Shown: positions 19,313 through 25,904, counted from the stretch's first letter. The stretch is 49,910 bases of DNA from a virus (IMGVR_UViG_3300037418_001222); one strand, 5' to 3'. A program made the numbers and translations. The notes: generated by a model from the letters alone, not told the origin.

Positions 19313-19408
19313 CAATCTTCATCCATTCTGCATGAAGGAACCATTCAATCCACTTATAGAGAGTCTTGAATGGTCCGTCATGAACATATGATGATGTACG
19401 ATATGACA

Positions 19409-20122
19409 TTATGCTACCAATTCTGTTTCTTCTTCGATGTCAACGAACGTAATTCCATCTGGAACACGTTGACGAAAACGAAGTAGGTTATAGTTGCGAA
19501 GAAGACCGCGTTTATGTTCCTCAATAGGAAAGACACCAATGGCGGTCTTCTGATTTCCGATATCCGGCTCTCTGAATACTTTATACTTCGCTTTCATCGA
19601 ATCAAGAACTCTCTCGACCTGTTCGAGTTCTTCAAGATCAGCAACACCACAACATGTGAAGTGAAGATCCTTAGTCTCCTCTTGACTCAGCTCTGTTCCG
19701 AGTTCGAGAGCAACGTGAGCAGTCTGCACAAGCTGATACTCTTCGAAGAGATCTTGTCTCGTGAAAAAGTAGGAATATCTCCTAACCAAACTCCCACCAC
19801 TAATTACCTTAGCAATTTTGTGGTATGTCTCAATTTCCTCTTCAGTAAGAACGTCTTCAATTGGAGAATCGAAGATAGTTTTATGTTGTCCATTCCAAAG
19901 ATATGCTCGAAATAATCCTTTAACAGTATCAAATGGAGCACGCCCATTCGCAAGTTTTGTGGTCTTGGTAACTGGAGTGAAGGCCTTACGAATAAAATGC
20001 TTAGCAATAGCTACCTTATCATCTCCCTTCGCTGCAATGGCCTTTAGAATGCAGAGTTGAGCGTGGTGGAGTGCGGTGTGATTGATACTATTCCTCCAGA
20101 GAGTTACAAAATCATGTTTCAT
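19409..20122 (-). CDS. protein with a C-terminal PTH2-like peptidyl-tRNA hydrolase domain
   Basis: RQDL..YQLVQTAHVA...FREPDIGNQKTAIG, matching phage PTH2-like proteins; extra about 110-aa N-terminal domain. Confidence 0.75.
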   Translation of the reverse strand: MKHDFVTLWRNSINHTALHHAQLCILKAIAAKGDDKVAIAKHFIRKAFTPVTKTTKLANGRAPFDTVKGLFRAYLWNGQHKTIFDSPIEDVLTEEEIETYHKIAKVISGGSLVRRYSYFFTRQDLFEEYQLVQTAHVALELGTELSQEETKDLHFTCCGVADLEELEQVERVLDSMKAKYKVFREPDIGNQKTAIGVFPIEEHKRGLLRNYNLLRFRQRVPDGITFVDIEEETELVA

Positions 20123-20132
20123 TTCTTTAATT

Positions 20133-20213
20133 CCTTAATTCTTGAGTTATATTTTAATGTTCATTTGAAGTAAACTACATTACTCAAGATTAAGGTGGCT
20201 TTAACTAGCGCAT
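20133..20213 (-). promoter_or_regulatory. amber minigene plus RBS-sequestering hairpin upstream of the PTH2-like gene
   Basis: AGAGGA-ATCT-ATG CGC TAG TTA AAG CCA CCT TAA; CCTTAATCTTGAGT pairs with ACTCAAGAATTAAGG, which holds the AAGG of the downstream AAGGA RBS. Confidence 0.65.
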
Positions 20214-20223
20214 AGATTCCTCT

Positions 20224-20436
20224 TTAGATATAGACTGGTTGAACTAGGTTTACTGGAACAATCTCAAGACCGCGTTGGTTCGAAAAGTGTTCATTGATGG
20301 AATTAGCCGCATCACACTTACGATCATAAACTCGAGCTTCTTGAAGTGAGTCTACGAAAGTCATTGGAGAATAGAAAGGACGCTTGCCACCCTTAACGAA
20401 CTTACCATCAGTAGTACGAATAACAAACTTGGACAT
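20224..20436 (-). CDS. hypothetical protein
   Basis: 70-aa ORF. Confidence 0.6.
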   Translation of the reverse strand: MSKFVIRTTDGKFVKGGKRPFYSPMTFVDSLQEARVYDRKCDAANSINEHFSNQRGLEIVPVNLVQPVYI

Positions 20437-20465
20437 AATATATCACTTTAGCATGAATAAATGTG

Positions 20466-20542
20466 TGGCGCGCCTGGTGGGACTCGAACCCACAACGCAT
20501 GCTTTTAGAGAGCACCGCTCTAACCAATTGAGCTACGGGCGC
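20466..20542 (-). tRNA. amber suppressor tRNA (anticodon CUA)
   Basis: GCGCCCG acceptor; anticodon stem GTGCT/AGCAT with loop CT-CTA-AA; GTGGG-TTCGAGT-CCCAC T arm; GCCA end. Confidence 0.85.
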
Positions 20543-20614
20543 GTAAAATGTAAAGGGAAAGTGGTGGACCTAATTGGTCGGAATATACTTCATTTGTATT
20601 ACACCAATAGTTAA

Positions 20615-20692
20615 TGGTCCGGGTGGAGAGATTCGAACTCCCGACATCCTGCTCCCAAAGCAGGCGCGCTAACCAGGCTGCGCTACACCCGG
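20615..20692 (-). tRNA. tRNA-Pro(UGG)
   Basis: canonical cloverleaf, CCTGC-TTTGGGA-GCAGG, ACCA. Confidence 0.93.
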
Positions 20693-20693
20693 A

Positions 20694-21143
20694 CTATTGT
20701 TTTCTTCCAAATATGACAGCTCTATTATCAGAGTACGCTACAATTGGGGCGAAATCAGTGAATGCTTCGAGCTTCTGAACTATATCAGTTCTACAGTCTA
20801 GAACAAAGTTCTGTACGACTAGAACTGCATGTTCTTCTCTAGTGATTAGATCCTTTCCCATGAGCACCCAGATGGTGCTAGAATCGAATCCAGCCGCTAT
20901 AAGAATAGCTCTTCCAAGGATTGCATAATCCTCACAATCACCGGTTTTGAGAGATAGTGTTTCTTCTGGCGATTGCCAGTAGTCTACATCATCTCTCTTG
21001 TATGTGATGTTTCTTCTCATCCATACAATTACTTGTTTAGGAGTTTCAAGACCTTCAATGGGAGATATTCTCTGTGATTCTACTCTAATCCATTTGGGAG
21101 ATAGAGGAGCACCATCAACTGATATCCAACCTTGAAATTCCAA
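20694..21143 (-). CDS. transglutaminase-like cysteine peptidase (BTLCP/C93-like)
   Basis: DYWQSPEETL...GDCEDYAI...HAVLVV...VLD. Confidence 0.82.
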   Translation of the reverse strand: MEFQGWISVDGAPLSPKWIRVESQRISPIEGLETPKQVIVWMRRNITYKRDDVDYWQSPEETLSLKTGDCEDYAILGRAILIAAGFDSSTIWVLMGKDLITREEHAVLVVQNFVLDCRTDIVQKLEAFTDFAPIVAYSDNRAVIFGRKQ

Positions 21144-21163
21144 AGCAAGTCCTCAATTATTTA

Positions 21164-21251
21164 ACGGGCTCTCTTTTTGCTCCAATAGCAAAAGCCTAAA
21201 GCGACTTTTATAGGAATCGAACCTATTATAAGAGTTTGCTGAACAGAGCCC
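21164..21251 (-). ncRNA. Y-RNA-like family member 1 (permuted mini tRNA elbow)
   Basis: GGGCTCT-GTTCAGCAA ... AGAGCCC-GT; cargo ATAGG-TTCGATT-CCTAT T arm, AAAAG/CTTTT stem, GCT-ATTGG-AGC. Confidence 0.75.
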
Positions 21252-21260
21252 AAATTTTAT

Positions 21261-21361
21261 CAGGTTCCCTTTTTTGCAACGGGAATTGAACCCGCAACGT
21301 CTGAGTAAAAGTCAGATGTGTATCCATTACACTTTGCTAAAAGGTTTGATGTAAGGAACCT
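21261..21361 (-). ncRNA. Y-RNA-like family member 2 (CCA-less tRNA-Lys(UUU) body)
   Basis: AGGTTCC-TTACATCAA ... GGAACCT-G; cargo has a D arm, TCTGA-CTTTTAC-TCAGA and GCGGG-TTCAATT-CCCGT. Confidence 0.75.
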
Positions 21362-21400
21362 ATTTTCATACCTTCCGGGAGCTACCCATCTAGTACACTT

Positions 21401-21432
21401 CTATATATACCAAAATTCTAGATTAATGTCAA
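21401..21432 (-). promoter_or_regulatory. sigma70-type promoter
   Basis: TTGACA-17-TATATA(TAG) upstream of ncRNA 2, ncRNA 1 and the two tRNAs. Confidence 0.7.
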
Positions 21433-21441
21433 CTAAAATAG

Positions 21442-21585
21442 TTACAGAGCAAGAGAAAGAATAACCAAGACTACTGTAATCACAATAATAAATGCAGCGA
21501 TAGTCTGATTAGAAGATCTATGAAGATATGCTAGTTCCTCTTTAGATAGTGGAACCGGAGTCTCATCCTCAATGACATTATTCAT
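21442..21585 (-). CDS. small membrane protein
   Basis: MNNVIEDE... with hydrophobic C-terminus. Confidence 0.5.
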   Translation of the reverse strand: MNNVIEDETPVPLSKEELAYLHRSSNQTIAAFIIVITVVLVILSLAL

Positions 21586-21764
21586 CACACAATTTCTAAT
21601 AGCGCCGCAGCACAAGCCAAAAGAACTAACCAAACAGTTAAATCAGTTGGAGCTAGTGAATTGTTCGAAATAAAGAGCCTCTTCACCTTGGTCAGGAAAG
21701 ATAGCTGAGTAAAATCCTCTGGTGTGTTAAGAGGAGATACAATGGAAACTAGAGTCTCAAACAT
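21585..21764 (-). CDS. small membrane protein (59 aa)
   Basis: read manually: MFETLVSIVSPL...VWLVLLACAAALLEIV, GAGG RBS. Confidence 0.5.
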   Translation of the reverse strand: MFETLVSIVSPLNTPEDFTQLSFLTKVKRLFISNNSLAPTDLTVWLVLLACAAALLEIV

Positions 21765-21783
21765 GAAAATCGCCTCACTAATA

Positions 21784-21912
21784 ACAGGTTCGTCTTGTTG
21801 CTACGTGCGCTACCATTACACCAAAGTCCCGCAAAATATGGTGGGACCCCTAGGATTCGAACCTAGACCACGACTATCCAAAAGTATGCAAAAGGGTTGC
21901 TGAATCGAACCT
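21784..21912 (-). ncRNA. Y-RNA-like family member 3 (YrlA-like circularly permuted tRNA domain)
   Basis: AGGTTCG-ATTCAGCAA ... CGAACCT-GT; cargo T arm CTAGG-TTCGAAT-CCTAG, GGGTCCC-ACCA-linker-GGGACTT, D arm GTGT-AATGGTA-GCGC. Confidence 0.82.
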
Positions 21913-21927
21913 AAAACTCAGAATTAA

Positions 21928-21996
21928 TTAAAGGAGATCACGAAGCTTATAACCACCAAACCCGAAAATGGCGGCAGTGAGCAAGAAAGTAATCAT
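21928..21996 (-). CDS. 22-aa hydrophobic peptide
   Basis: AAGGA RBS, MITFLLTAAIFGFGGYKLRDLL. Confidence 0.4.
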   Translation of the reverse strand: MITFLLTAAIFGFGGYKLRDLL

Positions 21997-22030
21997 AGTA
22001 TAGTTTCCTTCACATTTACCTCCATCATAT

Positions 22031-22071
22031 AAAAGTCGGTGGGAGAGCGGAGGTGAGGACCCTCCCACCGA
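22031..22071 (-). terminator. terminator-like hairpin after the DUF2828 gene
   Basis: TCGGTGGGAG ... CTCCCACCGA followed by CTTTT. Confidence 0.6.
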
Positions 22072-22090
22072 GCCGTAATCCTGGGGAGGA

Positions 22091-23509
22091 TTAACGGAAG
22101 TCATACCTCTCGGTCATTACTGTCTTACGCATGATTCCCTCAGGAGTCATGTTGTTCAGGTCCGCAGACAGAACAGACTTCATGATCGATGGGCTGAAAC
22201 CAGAGACTAGAGCAGTTCCAGTTTCATCGAAGGTTACAGGAACATTGCCATGAGCGTTGATGTTCCAGAAGACGATGGCTGGTACTTCATATCCAGCATT
22301 CTCATAATCATTTCTGATCATTTCGACTGCTCGAGCATCAGGACGGCAACAATTGAACTGCATATCCGACATGATTAGAAGTGCGGTTGGCATCTCTTCC
22401 TGAGGAACATCCTTGTCACATGCGACCTGAAGAATCTTCTTAAGAGCCTTCTGGAGGTCGGTACTCATACTCCAGTTAGACTTAGCCATAGTGTTATAAC
22501 GCTGAGACAGAGTTCCCTTAACGGTCACGAACTCAGGAGAGCTGGAGAACGTTAGGAAAACATCTTTAAAGTCACCAGTGTTCTTGCTTGCGCAATATAG
22601 ACCAAGTGACACCGCAACGTCAAGGCATGATACGGTTACACCCTTCGCTCCATAGCCTCCGGCTGGGCAGGTCATAGAACCAGAGACGTCTACTAGAGGT
22701 AGAACACGAGCATCACCAATGTAGTTTGGTAGAGCTTCCCACTGAGCATCGGCCACAGACGAATCACCATACCTAACGGTCTTGATGACGTCATATGGAT
22801 ACACTGCTCCGGCGTTTACCTTCGCAACCTTTGGATCACCCTTCTTCAGAGCGGCCTTCCATGCCTCGAAGTGAGCTGGAGCGTGCTTCTTGAATGCCTT
22901 CGTGTAACGAGACATAGCAAGAGATGGTACGTGATTGAAGTTAATAGCCTCGAACTCACGGTTACACATAAGAGTTTCGACGACCTGAGTTAGAGACACA
23001 AGAGTCTTACGGTACTGCTTAGGTGAGAAGTGCATGAACTCACGGAGTTCGCGAGCTAGAGCACCCTTACGAGGCATCCACTTAGCGCAGAGACCATTTC
23101 CGTCACGCAGAGCATCACGGATTAGACTATATGCGACTTCCTTCACTTCACGAGTAGAGAATACGAGCAAGTCATCCCAACGACCAAGCTCTGGAACCTT
23201 ACGAAGAAGATTCGTCTCAGTCAAGAGGTTTGGCTTAACCTTCTCAAGGTGACGAAGAACGTCACGGAAAAGCTTACGCTCACCGGTGCCCTGGCGCACA
23301 TCTCGACCATGGAGAGCGATACGGACAGCTAGATCGGAATCCTCGATGAGAGCTAGATCGAATAGCTGAGTAATGTCCTTACCACGAGAAGCACCAAGCT
23401 TACCGAATAGATCGACGTTGGCGCGACAGGTAGACTCAAAAGCCTTCATGCCATTGGTGGTACGAGTCTTCTTTGGAGTGTTACGAACTGCATTTGCGAA
23501 AGTAGTCAT
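22091..23509 (-). CDS. DUF2828-family Ro60/TROVE-like protein with C-terminal vWA domain
   Basis: TTNG, RDVRQGTGER, GRWDDL, AKWMPR, VPSLAM; vWA MIDAS DVSGSM, SDMQF, IVFWN, SGFS. Confidence 0.88.
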   Translation of the reverse strand: MTTFANAVRNTPKKTRTTNGMKAFESTCRANVDLFGKLGASRGKDITQLFDLALIEDSDLAVRIALHGRDVRQGTGERKLFRDVLRHLEKVKPNLLTETNLLRKVPELGRWDDLLVFSTREVKEVAYSLIRDALRDGNGLCAKWMPRKGALARELREFMHFSPKQYRKTLVSLTQVVETLMCNREFEAINFNHVPSLAMSRYTKAFKKHAPAHFEAWKAALKKGDPKVAKVNAGAVYPYDVIKTVRYGDSSVADAQWEALPNYIGDARVLPLVDVSGSMTCPAGGYGAKGVTVSCLDVAVSLGLYCASKNTGDFKDVFLTFSSSPEFVTVKGTLSQRYNTMAKSNWSMSTDLQKALKKILQVACDKDVPQEEMPTALLIMSDMQFNCCRPDARAVEMIRNDYENAGYEVPAIVFWNINAHGNVPVTFDETGTALVSGFSPSIMKSVLSADLNNMTPEGIMRKTVMTERYDFR

Positions 23510-23527
23510 TATTAAATCTCCTTTGTA

Positions 23528-23595
23528 ACAGGTTAGTGTTTGTCCGCTAAGACAATCGGAAGTTTTAGCGAGTTTTGTTTTGCTGAAACTAACCC
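23528..23595 (-). ncRNA. Y-RNA-like family member 4
   Basis: GGGTTAG-TTTCAGCAA ... CTAACCT-GT, immediately upstream of the DUF2828 RBS; internal CGCTAA/TTAGCG stem. Confidence 0.75.
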
Positions 23596-23616
23596 ATGAT
23601 TCGTGTAACAGGAGTT

Positions 23617-23676
23617 ACAGGTTCCGTTTTTGGCTTTTTTTCAAGAAAAGTTTGGTTGAGTTGCGGAATGGAACCT
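23617..23676 (-). ncRNA. Y-RNA-like family member 5 (Ser-UGA anticodon stem-loop)
   Basis: AGGTTCC-ATTCCGCAA ... GGAACCT-GT; cargo CTTTT-CTTGAAA-AAAAG. Confidence 0.72.
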
Positions 23677-23692
23677 TTAAATCAAATTATAA

Positions 23693-23862
23693 ACGGGATG
23701 CTGCGCTATTTGGAAGCTGCTCAACCCTGGTTATTTCCTACCAGAAAATATCGTTTCTTTTTGCAGAGCTTACGAGGCTCTTTCTATTACCCGAAGGTAA
23801 TAGAATTTCAAGCGTCTGGTAAAACCCCGAAGGGTTCATGAAAGTTTTGCTGAAATCATCCC
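23693..23862 (-). ncRNA. Y-RNA-like family member 6 (multi-hairpin, Thr-CGU anticodon stem-loop)
   Basis: GGGATG-ATTTCAGCAA ... CATCCC-GT; two C-TTCG-G hairpins, TACCAGA/TCTGGTA stem, AGAGC-CTCGTAA-GCTCT. Confidence 0.75.
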
Positions 23863-23871
23863 TAAAAGTAT

Positions 23872-23947
23872 TGGAGCGGATAGCGAGAATCGAACTCGTC
23901 TCCATGCACGGTTTGGAAGACCGGCTGCATACCCTATGCTTACCCGC
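23872..23947 (-). tRNA. tRNA-Gly(UCC)
   Basis: GCGGGTA/TATCCGC acceptor, loop CT-TCC-AA, U73-CCA. Confidence 0.88.
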
Positions 23948-23959
23948 TCATTAGGATTA

Positions 23960-23990
23960 ACTATATATACTCGTCTCCAATAAATGTCAA
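23960..23990 (-). promoter_or_regulatory. sigma70-type promoter for the tRNA-Gly / ncRNA / DUF2828 unit
   Basis: TTGACA-17-TATATA(GT). Confidence 0.72.
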
Positions 23991-24005
23991 GGAAAAAATT
24001 AAAAC

Positions 24006-24419
24006 TTAAGCTGGAGACTTCTTCTGAAGTTCTTTAAACTCCTCAACCCCGATCAAGCGAGTGCTCTCATGATTTCCAACCTCTCGGACCAGAAACTTAG
24101 AGCTAGTGCATACATATTGCGGAGTAGACTTACGAAGAGGAGTCCACTTAGTATCAACTAGTCCTTCATACAGAAGACGATATTCATATGCAGGAGTGGG
24201 ATCCTTAAGACTCCATCCTAGTGACGCTCCAACACTGTTTCCTCTCCATCCCAGAGCCTCACCGGCCGCATTAAACATATATGCCGTTCCAGCAATCGGA
24301 GACCCGGTGTTTGGATTAATCATTCGACCCTCAAAGAGATGAGCACTCCATCGAACTTCGATCTTAAATCGATTCGTTCCACCATGCTTAACGTATGTTT
24401 TTCCAACTTCAATCTTCAT
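24006..24419 (-). CDS. hypothetical protein
   Basis: MKIEVGKTY N-terminus typical of phage accessory proteins. Confidence 0.65.
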   Translation of the reverse strand: MKIEVGKTYVKHGGTNRFKIEVRWSAHLFEGRMINPNTGSPIAGTAYMFNAAGEALGWRGNSVGASLGWSLKDPTPAYEYRLLYEGLVDTKWTPLRKSTPQYVCTSSKFLVREVGNHESTRLIGVEEFKELQKKSPA

Positions 24420-24436
24420 ATTCAAAAAATCCTTTC

Positions 24437-24700
24437 TTAGTCGATTCTAATCGTATTGCTCTTACCAAAGAGTCCGTAGCCGGAGCATACAACACCTGTT
24501 ACCGGATGACCCGTGGGTCCAACCGCTTTGAATCCAGTATGGATACTATCATTCTTATCACATCCATAGAAACGGAAACCAGTGATCTGAATGTGGGAAT
24601 ACCCGGCTTCAGTGAGCACTCGATTCGTATTCTGTGGATCAGTGAAGCATGCAGACAGAGATAGAGCAGCCGCTATGATTAGTAATGTTCGTTTAATCAT
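24437..24700 (-). CDS. phage lipoprotein
   Basis: signal peptide with lipobox LSAC; GY..I.ITG....C.K.D...TGF.A..P.G..V.GVVC. Confidence 0.75.
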   Translation of the reverse strand: MIKRTLLIIAAALSLSACFTDPQNTNRVLTEAGYSHIQITGFRFYGCDKNDSIHTGFKAVGPTGHPVTGVVCSGYGLFGKSNTIRID

Positions 24701-25241
24701 GACTATATTCCTCGGCAAATGACTTTCCTGGTGTGAGATATACTGTTACGTGATCTCCAAAGATCGCTTCCATTAGATCCTCGTTTTGCTTAATAACTCC
24801 ATGAAAACTTTTACATAGAGAAGCTAGTTCAATATTACGAGGATCTTTTCTCAAGTTTTCAATTTTAGAAATACGCGCACTATAAGTTTGATGTGGAAAT
24901 TTATTGTTCAGGTTTTTCCATCGGCGTAAATTATCCTCAGTGATATCAGTTTCGAATTCGTATTCTGTTCCTTCGTAATTATAAGCATCCATAAGATCAC
25001 TTGGATCAAACTCTTTTAAAAAGAAGAGGTCGCCGATGCTAAATACACACTCTTCTCCGTCATTAAAGTATGGAGTGTATTGATTCCATACCACAGCTTT
25101 GATTTCTGGAGCCGCTTCAAAGAAGCTTTTTGTCATGTCGGTAAACATGGAGCGCATCTTCTCTTGAAATTCAGATGCTACTCTATTGAACTCTTCCTGC
25201 ATTTGTTCTGCAGTCTTTTGAATAGTAGAAAAATCACTCAT
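24693..25241 (-). CDS. hypothetical phage protein
   Basis: WNQYTPYFNDGEECVF...IFGDHV...EEYSHD recurrent family, coupled to the DUF6915 gene. Confidence 0.72.
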   Translation of the reverse strand: MSDFSTIQKTAEQMQEEFNRVASEFQEKMRSMFTDMTKSFFEAAPEIKAVVWNQYTPYFNDGEECVFSIGDLFFLKEFDPSDLMDAYNYEGTEYEFETDITEDNLRRWKNLNNKFPHQTYSARISKIENLRKDPRNIELASLCKSFHGVIKQNEDLMEAIFGDHVTVYLTPGKSFAEEYSHD

Positions 25242-25632
25242 TATCTAGTCCCTCTTTCAGTGGGTGCTGATTACGACCCTTCTCTTCATGACTTCTATGT
25301 GCCATACGGTGCTTCATCGTACCACTCATCCATCCCTCAATAGGAAGCTTTGTAAGCCACCTCTCGATAGATGGAATAAACCCGAGATCTTCGATGATAT
25401 GTTCCTCTACGATGTCTCGTACAGAAACTTCTTTTTGTTCGTGATTAATGATTATTGTTCCAAATACTTGTTCGGCAAGATAGCAACCAAACGCAGAATG
25501 AAGAATAGCTCGGTGACGAATATCTGGCATCGCCATCTTAGTTTGATCTATAAAGTTATGTATTGGAAGGTAGTCGTCTGGAACTCCACCCCATCTCTTA
25601 GCTGATATCTTGGCATGGAGGTAGGGTTTCAT
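25234..25632 (-). CDS. DUF6915-family protein
   Basis: PYLHAKISAKRWGG...IHNFID...RHRAILHS...EEHIIEDLG. Confidence 0.78.
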   Translation of the reverse strand: MKPYLHAKISAKRWGGVPDDYLPIHNFIDQTKMAMPDIRHRAILHSAFGCYLAEQVFGTIIINHEQKEVSVRDIVEEHIIEDLGFIPSIERWLTKLPIEGWMSGTMKHRMAHRSHEEKGRNQHPLKEGLDNE

Positions 25633-25849
25633 CGTTTAATATCAGCCTCACATTTGGTGTTCCACAATCAGGAGTTCTTTCTGTTCCAACTTGAACCCCA
25701 TTTGAGTCGAAGTACCAGGTAGTCTCTGACCAATGTTCATTGGCCCGTCCTATGTACTTTGATCCGTCGAAACTCTCAATAACAAAATAGATATCGATAA
25801 TATAGTTATTGATACTATAACGATACCGTTTTCCTACTTGTACCGTCAT
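25598..25849 (-). CDS. hypothetical protein
   Basis: 83-aa ORF after a TTGACA promoter. Confidence 0.55.
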   Translation of the reverse strand: MTVQVGKRYRYSINNYIIDIYFVIESFDGSKYIGRANEHWSETTWYFDSNGVQVGTERTPDCGTPNVRLILNDETLPPCQDIS

Positions 25850-25904
25850 AGAATTACTCTCTATTGATGGTCATGAATCTAAATTAAATGCCGGAAAATG
25901 TCAA

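Noticed and set aside
20466-20542. Reading the suppressor as tRNA-Arg(UCU)
   Set aside because: The 5-bp stem GTGCT/AGCAT places CTA, not TCT, at positions 34-36.
20440-20612. HDV-like theta ribozyme next to the suppressor tRNA
   Set aside because: No nested double-pseudoknot core could be identified in the 3' trailer or spacer; only a weak hairpin at about 20568-20610.
23580-23841. Plus-strand ORFs of 80-81 aa
   Set aside because: They are antisense to structured ncRNAs 4-6, with no RBS and no protein-like features.
21164-23862. CRISPR or direct-repeat array
   Set aside because: The shared element is a paired stem with variable sequence plus a short motif; spacing is irregular and there are no identical repeats or cas genes.
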